Below the pieces are notes generated by a model. That model worked only from the letters and a program-made list of their open reading frames with translations, had not been told where the DNA came from and ran no database searches. A DNA stretch of 64,000 nt, taken from positions 96,001-160,000 of the forward strand of contig CBDCNQ010000001.1 in NCBI GenBank assembly GCA_965219445.1, written 5' to 3'. The first letter of the stretch is position 1. Each line of letters opens with the position of its first letter. Source of the stretch: Longimicrobiales bacterium (lineage in GTDB: Bacteria; Gemmatimonadota; Gemmatimonadetes; Longimicrobiales; Gaopeijiaceae). Shown piece after piece: positions 30,004 through 42,337 of the stretch. A program made the translations under genes and the position numbers.

Positions 30004-32151
30004 ATGTCCGTGATCAAAATGCTGTGGGATCCTCGCATCTTAGGCCTCGGCACGCTTCTCTTCCTGGGGCTCGGCATCGGCGCTGCCTGGGGTACTTGGC
30101 GGAACGTCTGCTCCGACTGCCCATCGATCGCGCAGATCAGGACGTTCGAACCTCAGCAAGCCAGCAAGCTGTACAGTCACGATGGACGACTGCTCGCGGA
30201 ACTCGGCGTTGAGCGCCGGACACCCGTGTCCATCAACGCCCTCCCTGAATACGTGTCGCAGGCGTTTGTGGCCGTAGAGGACAAGCGCTTCTACGACCAC
30301 CGCGGCGTCGACCCCCGTGGGCTCGCGCGAGCCGTCGTCGGCGTGCTCACCGGTCAGAGCCGGAGCCAGGGCGGGGGGAGCACGATCACGCAGCAGCTGG
30401 CCCGCAACATGTTCGAGACGTCCGTCGACGCTCGAATCCGATCCGGGTGGGGACTCATCGTCCGAAAAGCCAAGGAGCTGCAAGTCGCCTTCGCCCTTGA
30501 GCGCGCGTATACGAAAGATCAGATCCTCGAAGCCTACATGAACGAGATCAACTACGCGCATGGCTGGTATGGCATCCAGACCGCCGCGAGAAACTACTTC
30601 GGGAAGAACGCCACCGACCTCGACCCGGCGGAAGCCGCCCTGCTCGCCGCGATTCCAAACCGTCCGGAGTATTACAGTCCTCTTCGCAACCCCGACAACG
30701 CCGAAAGCCGGCGTCGACTCGTGCTCCGGCGCATGATCGACCAGGGCATCCTCCCAGTGGGGGACTTCGGACGTTACGCGAACGCTCCGTTGCCGACTGA
30801 ACGTGCGGTCGCGGGTGGGACTATCGCGCCCTACTTCGTAGAGTGGGTCCGGCAGATTCTGGACGACCGCTTCGGAAGCCAGCTTTACACGGCAGGACTC
30901 AACGTATACACGACTCTCGACGTGCCCATGCAGCGAGCCGCGGAGACGTCGATGCAGGAGGGGTGGGCAGGGATCGAGGCCCGGGCCGGCTTCAGCCACA
31001 TGACCTATGAGGCGTACCAGGACTCCCTCGCCGCAGGGGTGCTGTTGGGCGATTCAATCGGATACGTAGAAGGCCTCTTCGTCGCTCTGGACCCGTGGAC
31101 CGGATCGGTCCGCGCGATGATCGGTGGCCGGGACTTCGCTCTCTCGAAGTTCAACCGCGCGACGCAGGCGCTTCGCCAGGCCGGATCGGGCTTCAAGCCG
31201 TTCGTTTACACCGCCGCCGTGGCTAGCCGAATCCCCACGACCTACGTCGTCGTCGACGGCCCGTGGATGTCGATGCAGGCCGACGGAACGGAGTGGAGGC
31301 CGAGAAATTATGACGGACGCTTCGAGGGTCCGATGACCCTTCGCACGGGCCTCATGAGATCCCAGAACATAATCGCCATCAAGCTGGCGGATGAGATCGG
31401 ACTCGAGAGCGTGGCCCAGACGGCACGGCGTATGGGGATTCGAAGCGAGATCGAACGTTTCCCATCGACGGCCATCGGAGCGGTGGAGGTGTTGCCTCTG
31501 GAGATGGCTGAGGCGTATTCGACGTTCGCGAACCAGGGGACCAAAGTACGACCCTTCCCAATCCTGCGCGTAGAGGACGCACAGGGTGGGACCCTTTGGG
31601 ACCCACAACCGGAACGTACGGAGGTCCTCGACCCTCTCGTGTCACGGGTGATGATCTCCCTGCTCCAGGGCGTAGTGGATGGCGGAACCGGATACGGCGC
31701 CGTCAGGATTGCGGCGGGGCTCCCCAGAGAAGTCGTGGCGGCCGGCAAAACCGGCACAACCAACGACGGCACGGACATCTGGTTCAACGGTTTTACGCCG
31801 AACCTACTCGCGACGGTCTGGTTCGGGATGGACCTTCCCCAGGAAATCTGGCCTGGCGCGACCGGCGCCGGCGCGCCGGGACCCGTGTGGGGCAACTTCA
31901 TGCGACGCGTGTACTACGGGGATCCAGACGCTCTCGACCAGGAACTGCAGGAGCCGACGCTTCCGGTCCCAGAGCCGTGGGAGATCCCGAACGGGCTGGT
32001 GATGCGACTCGTCGACCGTACCACGGGAAAACTCGCCTCGCAATGGTGTCCCCAGGAGGAGCAGATCCTCGAGATGTTCCTTCCGGGCACCGAGCCCACG
32101 GAGTATTGCGACACGGACGATTTCAGCCTGTTCCGAGTTCCGACGCAGTGA
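30004..32151 (+). CDS. Class A penicillin-binding protein (PBP1A family)
   Basis: EDKRFYDHRGVD, GGSTITQQLARN, RKAKE; GSGFKP, SQN, GKTGT. Alternative GTG start at 29947. Confidence 0.95.
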   Translation: MSVIKMLWDPRILGLGTLLFLGLGIGAAWGTWRNVCSDCPSIAQIRTFEPQQASKLYSHDGRLLAELGVERRTPVSINALPEYVSQAFVAVEDKRFYDHRGVDPRGLARAVVGVLTGQSRSQGGGSTITQQLARNMFETSVDARIRSGWGLIVRKAKELQVAFALERAYTKDQILEAYMNEINYAHGWYGIQTAARNYFGKNATDLDPAEAALLAAIPNRPEYYSPLRNPDNAESRRRLVLRRMIDQGILPVGDFGRYANAPLPTERAVAGGTIAPYFVEWVRQILDDRFGSQLYTAGLNVYTTLDVPMQRAAETSMQEGWAGIEARAGFSHMTYEAYQDSLAAGVLLGDSIGYVEGLFVALDPWTGSVRAMIGGRDFALSKFNRATQALRQAGSGFKPFVYTAAVASRIPTTYVVVDGPWMSMQADGTEWRPRNYDGRFEGPMTLRTGLMRSQNIIAIKLADEIGLESVAQTARRMGIRSEIERFPSTAIGAVEVLPLEMAEAYSTFANQGTKVRPFPILRVEDAQGGTLWDPQPERTEVLDPLVSRVMISLLQGVVDGGTGYGAVRIAAGLPREVVAAGKTGTTNDGTDIWFNGFTPNLLATVWFGMDLPQEIWPGATGAGAPGPVWGNFMRRVYYGDPDALDQELQEPTLPVPEPWEIPNGLVMRLVDRTTGKLASQWCPQEEQILEMFLPGTEPTEYCDTDDFSLFRVPTQ

Positions 32152-32170
32152 GGACCCGCCAGTTTCTAGG

Positions 32171-32431
32171 TCACGTGTCCCGGTTCACCAAAAAGCGCTT
32201 GCGGGCACCCCGCACTGCGTCGTCCACCCTGTCCTTTACGTCCTCGGCGAGATCTTCCCACTGATCGCTTGCTGAATCCTTCAACTCTCCCGCGACCCGG
32301 CGGATCCTCCTGCGTGTCCTCATGCCGGCCTCCGGAGCCGCGAGCAATGCGATACCCGCACCGACCATCGCCCCCAGGACGAAGCCCGATATGAACGTCA
32401 TGGCATGCGCATCATGATCGTAATCCATCAC
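32171..32431 (-). CDS. YtxH-domain protein
   Basis: FISGFVLGAMVGAGIALLAAPEAG. Confidence 0.85.
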   Translation of the reverse strand: MMDYDHDAHAMTFISGFVLGAMVGAGIALLAAPEAGMRTRRRIRRVAGELKDSASDQWEDLAEDVKDRVDDAVRGARKRFLVNRDT

Positions 32432-32571
32432 CGACTCCTCATCGCGGGTTCAGCCGTCGAGCATCGGGCACGCCGCATCTCGCTTAGACGCCTGACCTCG
32501 ATTCGGGTTTATATTGAGCTAGGCGTTTCGACGTCATAGAGCAATCTATCGGAACCATCGCACAGGGGGAT

Positions 32572-32997
32572 ATGCGCGTTCTGGGAATCGACCTCGGGGA
32601 ACGACGTGTGGGTGTCGCGGTCAGCGATCCCACGGGTGCGATCGCCCAGCCGCTACCCACGCTCCAGAGACGAGCCGGCAAGCGAATGCCTCTCGCAACA
32701 CTCCAGAACCTCGCGGAACAATACGAGGTCGAAGGGATCGTGATGGGCCTCCCTTTGGCGCCCTCCGGAGATGATACCGAGTGGACCCGAACGGTCCGCG
32801 AAGTGGCAAGCAACCTCGAAGAGCGTTCTGGCCTGCCCGTTTACCTCGTGGACGAACGATTCACGTCCAGGACCGCGGAGCGTGCCATCCGCGGGCTCGG
32901 TCTTCCCAAGAAGAAGAGAGAGCAGAAGGGACGCGTAGACGCTGCGGCAGCGGTTCTCATCCTGCAGAGCTGGCTCGACGCCAAGGCACGGTCATGA
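32572..32997 (+). CDS. ruvX: YqgF/RuvX nuclease
   Basis: LGIDLGERRVGVAVSD, VMGLP, DERFTS, VDAAAAVLILQ. Confidence 0.93.
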   Translation: MRVLGIDLGERRVGVAVSDPTGAIAQPLPTLQRRAGKRMPLATLQNLAEQYEVEGIVMGLPLAPSGDDTEWTRTVREVASNLEERSGLPVYLVDERFTSRTAERAIRGLGLPKKKREQKGRVDAAAAVLILQSWLDAKARS

Positions 32998-34013
32998 AGA
33001 CCTCGCGACCACGCTCCTCGGCACTCTCCACCACCCTTGGCCTCATCGCCGCGAGCTACGCCGCGCTGGGCATGGCGGCTTGCGTAACGGACGAGCCGAC
33101 CCAGGCGATCGAAGTGACCGTACCGGTCGGCGCTACCTTCGACTCGGTGCTGGACACCTTGGTCAACCGGGGCGTGGTGGCCGGAGGACGCAGGTTTCGG
33201 TTCTACGCCCGCATCACCGGAGCCGATCGGCGAATTCGGTCGGGCAGCTACTCCCTGGCCCCTGGGGCGTCCTGGGAGGAGATCCTGGACACGTTGACTT
33301 CGGGACGGGTGATGACATTCGGATTGACCATACCGGAGGGCTTCACGATCGACGACATGGTGCTCCGCGTGGCTGAAACCGTCGAGCGCCCCGCCGATGC
33401 GGTTCGCGCCCGCCTGACCGATCCCGATGCCCACCAACAGTGGAACGTGCCTGGGCCCGGACTAGAGGGATACCTGTTCCCAGACACATATCGCTTCGCT
33501 CGTGGAGTCGCCATGGATGTCGTGATCGAGGAGATGGTGACGCGGTATCAGGCGGCCTGGACTTCCGCGCGAGTCGCTCGACTCGAAGCGTTGGATATGT
33601 CCGAGAACGAGCTGATCACGCTGGCCTCGATCATCCAAGCCGAGGCACAGCGTGTCGAGGAGATGCAGACGATCTCCGCCGTGTACCACAACCGTCTGCG
33701 ATTGGGCTATCGGCTTCAGGCGGACCCGACGGTCCTATACGCGCTAGGGGGACGCCGAGAGCGGCTCCTCTTCGCGGCGATCGATTCGGTAGCGGACAAT
33801 CCCTACAACACCTACACCCAACGGGGCCTCCCACCGGGGCCCATCGCCGCACCCGGTGAGGCAGCGATCCATGCGGCGCTCTATCCGGCGGATGAGGGCT
33901 ACCTCTACTTCGTGGCGCGCCCGGACGGCAGTCACATCTTCACGAACAGCCTTGAAGAGCACAATCGAGCCCGGGAGATTGCCCGCACTGAGCGGAGCGC
34001 CGCCAAACCATAG
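32994..34013 (+). CDS. mltG: Endolytic transglycosylase
   Basis: TIPEG, LEGYLFPDTY, ASIIQAE, LQADPT, YNTY...GLPPGPI. Confidence 0.94.
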   Translation: MKTSRPRSSALSTTLGLIAASYAALGMAACVTDEPTQAIEVTVPVGATFDSVLDTLVNRGVVAGGRRFRFYARITGADRRIRSGSYSLAPGASWEEILDTLTSGRVMTFGLTIPEGFTIDDMVLRVAETVERPADAVRARLTDPDAHQQWNVPGPGLEGYLFPDTYRFARGVAMDVVIEEMVTRYQAAWTSARVARLEALDMSENELITLASIIQAEAQRVEEMQTISAVYHNRLRLGYRLQADPTVLYALGGRRERLLFAAIDSVADNPYNTYTQRGLPPGPIAAPGEAAIHAALYPADEGYLYFVARPDGSHIFTNSLEEHNRAREIARTERSAAKP

Positions 34014-34062
34014 AGGCCCGCCCGGTGGCGTCGGCCGACCGACCGTACGACAATAGCGTTCC

Positions 34063-34728
34063 ATGGCAACTCCCCTCCTCGCCGACCGGCTGCGCCTGAC
34101 CGTCATAACCGATGAGACATTGGTGCAGCCGCGCGCACTTTCCGATGTCGTCCGGGAGGCGCTCGCGGCCGGTGCCCCAACGATCCAGCTTCGGCTCAAG
34201 GGCGCCACCGCCCGTGAATTGTTAGACGCGGCCCGTCGGCTCATACCGATCGTCCGTTCAGCCGCAGGGCTTTTCATTGTGAACGACCGCCTAGATGTCG
34301 CGCTGGCCGTCGGCGCAGATGGCGTGCACCTGGGCCCGGACGACCCCCCGCTCATGGATGCTCGGACCGTGGCCGCGGAGCTGCTCGGTACCGTGGCGGA
34401 CACCTTCATCCTGGGATGTTCGGTGGACACCCCCGACGAGGCTGCACGGGCAGAAGCCGAGGGAGCGGACTATCTCGGGGTCGGTACCGTTTACGCCACG
34501 GCCAACAAGTCCAACGCGGGGGAGGTTATCGGCCTCAAGGGCCTCCGACGGGTGGTGGAAGCGGTCTCCATCCCGGTCGTGGGAATCGGCGGCATCACTC
34601 CAGAACGAGCCAAAGCCGTCGCGGCGACCGGGGCGTGTGGGTCGGCGGTCATCGGCGCGGTCATGGGTTCACCGGAGCCCGCCAAGGCGGTGGGGGCCCT
34701 ACTCTCTCCCTTCGGCGGACCCGCCTGA
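34063..34728 (+). CDS. thiE: Thiamine phosphate synthase
   Basis: QLRLK, IVNDRLD, GVHLG, DYLGVG, IGGI. Confidence 0.93.
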   Translation: MATPLLADRLRLTVITDETLVQPRALSDVVREALAAGAPTIQLRLKGATARELLDAARRLIPIVRSAAGLFIVNDRLDVALAVGADGVHLGPDDPPLMDARTVAAELLGTVADTFILGCSVDTPDEAARAEAEGADYLGVGTVYATANKSNAGEVIGLKGLRRVVEAVSIPVVGIGGITPERAKAVAATGACGSAVIGAVMGSPEPAKAVGALLSPFGGPA

Positions 34729-34751
34729 CGCGACCGCAGGTTCCAGAGGCG

Positions 34752-35561
34752 CTAGCCAGCCTCGATCAGCCTCCCCACTTGCTCCTCAGTGACGAAAAAT
34801 GAGCCGAGGGGATCCCGCCCAGGATCGTGCCAGTCGGAGCCGCCCGTCATGAGGAGTCCGGCCGTCTCGGCGGCTCGCTCCAGCTTCCTGACCTGACCTG
34901 GGGTCGAGCGAGGTCTATAGACCTCCAAGCCCTTGAGCCCAGCTCCTATAAACACAGGCAATAGTCTGTGCAGTGCATCCATGGGTGGGTGCGCCCACAC
35001 GGGAATCCCTCCGGCGTCGAGAATCAACCTGATCGACTCCTCGGGCGTTGCCAACCGTGTGGGCACGAACGCAGGGTGGTCGTCGCCGATCAACCGGTCG
35101 AACGCTTCGGACACCGATTTGGTGTACCCCTTCAGCACGAGCGCCCGTGCCAGATGGGGCCGGCCGATGGCCGACCGATCGGGGCCCGCCGCGTCGATGA
35201 CGTCGGCCATCTCGATGAGAAGCCCCTGGCGGCGGAGGCGATCCACCATCTCCTCCATACGGCTCTCACGGCCTCCGAGCGCGTGCCGCTCGTGCATCTG
35301 GATCGAATTCGCCTGCGGATCGACGAAGTATCCGAGGATGTGGTATTCCTCACCCTCATGCGTGCTACTCACCTCTATGCCCGGAATGAGCAGGAGAGAG
35401 AACGTGGCCGCGGCGTCTATGGCGGAGGGTATCCCCGCGACGGTGTCATGGTCAGTGATGGCCAGGGCGTCGAGACCGCCGTCGGCTGCTAGGCGGACGA
35501 CGTCCGGTGGACTCAAAGAGCCGTCCGAAGCCGTCGTATGAACGTGGAGGTCGAGCCTCAT
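34752..35561 (-). CDS. PHP-domain phosphoesterase
   Basis: DLHVHTTASDG, ITDHD, HILGY, GRPH, AHP, GGSDWH. Confidence 0.92.
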   Translation of the reverse strand: MRLDLHVHTTASDGSLSPPDVVRLAADGGLDALAITDHDTVAGIPSAIDAAATFSLLLIPGIEVSSTHEGEEYHILGYFVDPQANSIQMHERHALGGRESRMEEMVDRLRRQGLLIEMADVIDAAGPDRSAIGRPHLARALVLKGYTKSVSEAFDRLIGDDHPAFVPTRLATPEESIRLILDAGGIPVWAHPPMDALHRLLPVFIGAGLKGLEVYRPRSTPGQVRKLERAAETAGLLMTGGSDWHDPGRDPLGSFFVTEEQVGRLIEAG

Positions 35562-35664
35562 GCGGCCAATGTGTGATCCGGCCGCCCATCTCGCCACCAG
35601 GTCGCCATGGGCGGCGCGCCTGCATCCCTGAAATCCCCGTCGAGCTTATCGTCGGGCGAGACCG

Positions 35665-35990
35665 TCAGCCTGCGCTCTCCATGGCGTCCAGGAGCTCGTT
35701 CGTTTCGAGCCCGGCGGGGAGCTCCTCCGGGGCTTCAGTGCCACCGTACTCGGTGAGGATCATCAGATCCACGCCCTCGACCTTGAGCACACCACCCGCC
35801 ACGAAGAACCGCTCGCTGCCATCCTCCGGCAGATCGATGGACAACTCTCCAGTGCCTAGGAGCGCGATCATTGGCGCGTGCCGAGGTAAGATACCGACCC
35901 TGCCGTCCCACGCCGGGGCGACCACGGACGCGGCAGGACCGTCATAGAGCACCGAATCCGGCGAGACGACGCGGACATGAAGTTCCGACA

Positions 35991-35991
<1 letters not shown>
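35665..35991 (-). CDS. atpC: ATP synthase epsilon
   Basis: VVSPD, GILPRHAPMI, VAGGVL. Confidence 0.92.
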
Positions 35992-37424
<1,433 letters not shown>

Positions 37425-37454
37425 CTATCTCCCGTCCGTGTTCGGCCCGTACCC

Positions 37455-38315
37455 TTATTCGAGGGCGGCCGCTCCACCGACGATCTCGGCGATCTCCTGG
37501 GTGATTTGACCCTGACGGGCCCGGTTATACGAACGCGTGAGGAACTCCAGCACGTCTCCCGCGTTGTCGGTAGCACTCTTCATGGCGCTGCGTCGGGCCC
37601 CCTGCTCGGCAGCAACGTTCTCGACCAGCGCCCGGTACGTCGCATTGCGGAGGTAGGCCGGAAGCAGCCTATCCAGAAGGATCTCGGCCTTCGGCGTCAG
37701 GATGAAGTTGTCGAGTCCACGGGACGTACTCCCTCCCTGGATCGGCAACAACTCGGTGACCCTCGGCGGCGTCGACATCGCCGAGATGAACTCCGAGCTC
37801 ACGATGTGGATCGCGTCAATACGGCCTGCCGCGAACTCATCCCGTAGGCCCGCAACTACTGACTCCGCATCCTCCATAGAGGGGTTGTCCCCGATATCGA
37901 CACGTGTCGACGCGATGGCATACCCACGGAAGCGGAAGTACGCGATGCCCTTCTTGCCCACGATGTGGAGGTCTGTCTCGATCCCCTCCGCGGCGAACCG
38001 TTCGAGAAGGAGGCGGGCCTCCTTGATGAGGTTCGCATTGAAACCACCCGCCAGCCCCCGGTCTGCCGTGAGAAGCAGCACGGCGGCCCGTTCTACCTTT
38101 TCAGCGCGTCGGAGCAGCGGAAATTTTTCGGAGAGTTCCGGCGCATACAGGCTCCGGACGATCGACGTCAACGCGTCGCTATACGGCGCAGCCGCACGAA
38201 CTCGATCCGTGGCCTTCTTCAACTTCGAAGTAGCCACCAACTCCATGGTTCGCGTGATCTGCCGGGTGTTCTCCACCGACTTGATCCGCCGTTTGACGTC
38301 GCTCGAGCCCGCCAT
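37455..38315 (-). CDS. atpG: ATP synthase gamma
   Basis: DRGLAGGFN, ATDNA, RQGQITQEI. Confidence 0.97.
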   Translation of the reverse strand: MAGSSDVKRRIKSVENTRQITRTMELVATSKLKKATDRVRAAAPYSDALTSIVRSLYAPELSEKFPLLRRAEKVERAAVLLLTADRGLAGGFNANLIKEARLLLERFAAEGIETDLHIVGKKGIAYFRFRGYAIASTRVDIGDNPSMEDAESVVAGLRDEFAAGRIDAIHIVSSEFISAMSTPPRVTELLPIQGGSTSRGLDNFILTPKAEILLDRLLPAYLRNATYRALVENVAAEQGARRSAMKSATDNAGDVLEFLTRSYNRARQGQITQEIAEIVGGAAALE

Positions 38316-38318
38316 CGT

Positions 38319-39893
38319 CTAAGCGCCTACTTCGGCCGGAGCCTCCGCCTCTACCTCGGCTGCGAAGATCTTGTTGTACTCCTCGATCGCTGCGACCAGC
38401 TGAGCTGTGATGTCGTCCGTGAGTTCGTTCTCCTCGCGGATCCCTGACAATACGTGTTCGTGCTGGGTACCGAGGAGGTCGTGGAAGCCCCGCTCCCAAC
38501 GCCTCAGATGCCGAACCTCGATCTCGTCCACATGCCCCTGCGTAGCCGCGAAGATCACGCAGACCTGGTTCTCCACCGGCATGGGCTGGTACTGACCCTG
38601 CTTGAGTACTTCCACCGTGCGCTCGCCTCGAGCCAGCTGGGCCTGCGTAGTGGCGTCTAGGTCGGAGCCGAACTGGGCAAAAGCCTCGAGTTCCCGGTAC
38701 TGCGCCAGGTCGAGGCGGAGCCGGCCGGCCACCTTCTTCATCGCCTTGATCTGAGCGTTGCCTCCCACACGGGACACAGAGATACCGACGTTTACCGCCG
38801 GGCGGACGCCGGAGTTGAACAGATCAGGCTCTAGGTAGATCTGGCCATCCGTGATAGAGATCACGTTCGTCGGAATGTACGCGGACACATCGCCGGCCTG
38901 TGTCTCGATGATCGGGAGCGCGGTCAGGGATCCCCCGCCCTGCTCGTCGGATAGCTTGGCCGCCCTCTCGAGAAGCCGCGAGTGCAGATAGAACACGTCT
39001 CCCGGAAACGCCTCGCGTCCCGGGGGTCGGCGAAGAATCAACGACAGCTGCCGATAGGCCGTCGCCTGCTTGGAGAGGTCGTCGAAAACGACCAGCGTGT
39101 GTTGACCCTTCCACATGAAGTGCTCCGCGATGGCCGAGGCGGAGTATGGTGCGATGTACTGCATCGGCGCCGGGTCGGACGCACTGGCGGCGATCACCAC
39201 GGTGTAGTCCATGGCGTCGTGCTCCCTGAGCGTCTCGACCACGCTCGCGACCTTTCCCGCTCGCTGCCCAACAGCGCAGTACACACAGATGACACCAGTG
39301 CCCTTCTGGTTGATGATCGTGTCTAGTGCGATCGCCGTCTTTCCTGAACCCCGGTCGCCAATGATGAGCTCACGCTGGCCTCGGCCGATCGGGATCATCG
39401 AGTCGATCGCCTTGAGGCCCGTCTGGAGCGGCTCCTTGACCGGCTGCCGCATCACGATGCCGGGAGCGACCACGTCGATCTGCCGGTTTTCCTCGATCGG
39501 CTCGACCGGGCCTTTGCCGTCGATAGCGTTGCCCAGCGCATCGACGACCCGGCCGATGTACCCCGGTCCGGCCGGAATATCGAGCACGCGGCCGGTCCGC
39601 CGGACCTGATCACCCTCGTGCAGCGCCGTCCAATCCCCCATGATGACCGCGCCGATGTTGTCCTCTTCGAGGTTGAGCGCGAGGGCCGTCACCGGCTCGT
39701 CAGAATCGGCCGGAGTGATCTCCAGCATCTCGCTGGCCATCGCCTTTGTGAGCCCGTAAATGCGTGCTATTCCATCTTTTACCTCTAGGACCTCACCCAC
39801 TTCTTCAGCCTGAAGCGCTTCCCCGTAGTTCTCGATCTCCGAAAGGAGGACGCCCTTGATCTCACTCGCCCGGAGTCCTGAGTCGTTAGCCAT
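38319..39893 (-). CDS. atpA: ATP synthase alpha
   Basis: [33 protein letters not shown]. Confidence 0.98.
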   Translation of the reverse strand: MANDSGLRASEIKGVLLSEIENYGEALQAEEVGEVLEVKDGIARIYGLTKAMASEMLEITPADSDEPVTALALNLEEDNIGAVIMGDWTALHEGDQVRRTGRVLDIPAGPGYIGRVVDALGNAIDGKGPVEPIEENRQIDVVAPGIVMRQPVKEPLQTGLKAIDSMIPIGRGQRELIIGDRGSGKTAIALDTIINQKGTGVICVYCAVGQRAGKVASVVETLREHDAMDYTVVIAASASDPAPMQYIAPYSASAIAEHFMWKGQHTLVVFDDLSKQATAYRQLSLILRRPPGREAFPGDVFYLHSRLLERAAKLSDEQGGGSLTALPIIETQAGDVSAYIPTNVISITDGQIYLEPDLFNSGVRPAVNVGISVSRVGGNAQIKAMKKVAGRLRLDLAQYRELEAFAQFGSDLDATTQAQLARGERTVEVLKQGQYQPMPVENQVCVIFAATQGHVDEIEVRHLRRWERGFHDLLGTQHEHVLSGIREENELTDDITAQLVAAIEEYNKIFAAEVEAEAPAEVGA

Positions 39894-39950
39894 TGCCCAA
39901 TCCCGTTATTCCATCAGGAAGGCCGGCGTGCACCGGCCGGATCTGTGCCC

Positions 39951-40514
39951 TCAGACCTCACCCATCCTGGGGAGGTCGGCCTTCAGCAACCTTCGGCGCA
40001 TGCCGTCGAGCCTTCGCCTCAGGGACCCATCGTAGATCGTGTCGCCCGTTCGGAAGATCGCCCCTCCGAGAATACCCGGCCTGACGCGGACGTGCGGGAT
40101 CGCTGTCTTCCCTAGTGCCACGGTCAGCCGCTTCTCCATTTCCTCCATGGACTTCTCATCAAATTGGCGGGCGAGCGTCACCTCCACATGCACGCGGTTG
40201 AAGTGCTGGTCCATGAGACCCATGTACTCGCGGGCGATCGCCCTCAGGAGACGTTGCCGCCTCTTATCGAGCGTGATCAACACGAAGTTGACAAGCCTCG
40301 TCGGCAACTTCTCGCCCAACACACGTCGCACCACGTCCTTCTTCTCGGCCACGGCGATTCTGGGCGTCTCCAAGAACCGGCGGAAGTCGTCATTTTCGTC
40401 GATGAGGCGCGCTACGATCCCGACCCCCGTGCCGTACGCGTCGACGCCTTCGTGGCGCTCCGCCAACTCGAAGAGCGCTTCGGCGTAGTTGCGAGCGACG
40501 GTCTCGTCTCTCAC
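39951..40514 (-). CDS. atpH: ATP synthase delta
   Basis: VARNYAEALF, ILGG...YDGS. Confidence 0.93.
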   Translation of the reverse strand: MRDETVARNYAEALFELAERHEGVDAYGTGVGIVARLIDENDDFRRFLETPRIAVAEKKDVVRRVLGEKLPTRLVNFVLITLDKRRQRLLRAIAREYMGLMDQHFNRVHVEVTLARQFDEKSMEEMEKRLTVALGKTAIPHVRVRPGILGGAIFRTGDTIYDGSLRRRLDGMRRRLLKADLPRMGEV

Positions 40515-41098
40515 GCCTGGACCTCGCCCCCGCCGCTCAACTCGTCGATGAAGCCCATGACCAGCTCACGGTCCTTCTTTTCGTCGAGGCTCTCCTGAAC
40601 CAGCTTGGCAGCCGCGCCCAACGCCAGATCCACGGATTCCCTCCGAAGCTCGTCGAGTGCGGCATCCTTCTCGCGCTCGATCGACTCCTGAGCCCGCTCG
40701 ATCATCGCGTCACCCTCGGCTCGGGCCTTCTCTTCAATGTCCTGCCGGACTCTCTCGCCCGCTTCCTTGCCCTCGGTGATCATTTGCTGCGCCTGTCGCC
40801 GCGCATCGGCCATCTGCTCACGGTGCTCCGCCAGAAGCTTGGCCGCCTCTCCCCTTTCATTCGCGGCCTGGTCGAGCGTGTCTTGGATGCCGTCCTCGCG
40901 GGCCTGTACTGCCCCCAGGATCGGCCCCCACGCGAACCTCCAAAGAATGCCGAGCAGCGTGAGAAATACCAGCGTCGTCCAGACCGACAGACCCAGGTTC
41001 ACGCTGAACATCCCGCCCCCAGCCTCTTGCGCCATCACGGGCACGGGAAGAATCAGCGCGCACGCCCCGAAGACAGCGAGCATTCGTCTGCGTGTCAT
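40511..41098 (-). CDS. atpF: ATP synthase subunit b
   Basis: TM helix, FAWGPIL...RE, coiled coil; operon position. Confidence 0.93.
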   Translation of the reverse strand: MTRRRMLAVFGACALILPVPVMAQEAGGGMFSVNLGLSVWTTLVFLTLLGILWRFAWGPILGAVQAREDGIQDTLDQAANERGEAAKLLAEHREQMADARRQAQQMITEGKEAGERVRQDIEEKARAEGDAMIERAQESIEREKDAALDELRRESVDLALGAAAKLVQESLDEKKDRELVMGFIDELSGGGEVQA

Positions 41099-41373
41099 TG
41101 ATTCATCAGCAGAAACGAGAGGCCGAGACCGAAGAGCGCGGTACCTTCGACGAGCGCCGCGAAGATGATCGCTGCCGTCTGAATCTGCGCCGTTGCTTCC
41201 GGCTGCCGTGCGATCCCTTGGGCTGCAGCTGATCCAATAGGGCCGATTCCGAGCCCCGCGCCGAGCACGGCGCCCCCGATCGCGAGACCCACGCCAATGA
41301 GACCGATGGAGCTTCCGGCTGCTTCCCCATTTGCGGCAGCCTCCTGAACGACGGTAACGAGTGCGTGCAGCAT
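41095..41373 (-). CDS. atpE: ATP synthase subunit c
   Basis: GAGLGIG, ARQPEA, ALVEG. Confidence 0.94.
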   Translation of the reverse strand: MLHALVTVVQEAAANGEAAGSSIGLIGVGLAIGGAVLGAGLGIGPIGSAAAQGIARQPEATAQIQTAAIIFAALVEGTALFGLGLSFLLMNQ

Positions 41374-41401
41374 CGTGTGTCCTTTTGTTGTGTGACGGTG
41401 A

Positions 41402-42337
41402 CTAATGAGCGTGACGTATCAGTCCGATGAAGACGGACGTGAGCATCGCGAAGATGTAGGCCTGCAAACAGGCCACGAACAGCTCCAGAATCATGAGCGC
41501 ACTGGCCGCCCCGACCGACGCGAAGCCCACGAGGTAGCTCTGAAGCACGAAAATCATTCCCATGAGGGCCAGGATCAGCGTATGGCCGGCCGTCATGTTG
41601 GCCAGCAGCCGGACCGCCAGCGCGAACGGCTTCGCCAGCTTCCCCATGAACTCGACCGGTGCAAGAATCCCCAGCATGATGGGCCTCATCAAAACGGGAA
41701 GCCCCTTGGGTAGGAAGAAGATGGTCTTGGCGTACCCGACGGGCCCCAGAGTGACGAATCCCCCGACCTCAATCACGATGAAGGCGACGACCGCCAACGC
41801 AGCAGTCACGGAGAGGTTCGCCGTAGGCGTGATCCCCAGGGGCGTGAGTCCGATCACGTTCATGCCCAGAATGAAGAAGAAGAGCGTGAGAATAAACGGC
41901 GTGAAGGCATCCGCGCCGTGCCCGATGTTCGGCCTCACGACTTCATCACGGAAGTAGATGATCATGGCCTCCATGGCGTTGGCGAAGCCGCTAGGAGCCT
42001 TCTCCTTCCCCCTGTTTCGGAGGGCTCCGGCCAACGGAATGAAGGTCGCAAACATGAGGAGGGCGACCACCACCATGATCACCATCTGACGCGTCGGTGA
42101 CAGGTCGATCGCGAGGGACCCGATCTGAATCGGATCGATGCTCAGGGCGTCGAGGTGCAAGACCCCACCCCCGAACTCGATCTCCCTTGCATCACCGATA
42201 TGATGCTGGATGAAGTCAGGAAGCTCGTCCATGGGCATGGGGCCCGCCAGCTCTGCCGAATGCTCCGCAGCGTCCTGTGCCGCTTCCTGGCGGTACCCTG
42301 GAAGCACTCTGAGCAGACCCATCGTCTTTTGTATCAA
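41402..42337 (-). CDS. atpB: ATP synthase subunit a
   Basis: PFALAVRLLANMTAGH, LQAYIF. Confidence 0.96.
   Translation of the reverse strand: MIQKTMGLLRVLPGYRQEAAQDAAEHSAELAGPMPMDELPDFIQHHIGDAREIEFGGGVLHLDALSIDPIQIGSLAIDLSPTRQMVIMVVVALLMFATFIPLAGALRNRGKEKAPSGFANAMEAMIIYFRDEVVRPNIGHGADAFTPFILTLFFFILGMNVIGLTPLGITPTANLSVTAALAVVAFIVIEVGGFVTLGPVGYAKTIFFLPKGLPVLMRPIMLGILAPVEFMGKLAKPFALAVRLLANMTAGHTLILALMGMIFVLQSYLVGFASVGAASALMILELFVACLQAYIFAMLTSVFIGLIRHAH

Noticed and set aside
34014..34062. TPP riboswitch before thiE (or thiD)
   Set aside because: The gaps are too short and lack the CTGAGA...CCTGA core.
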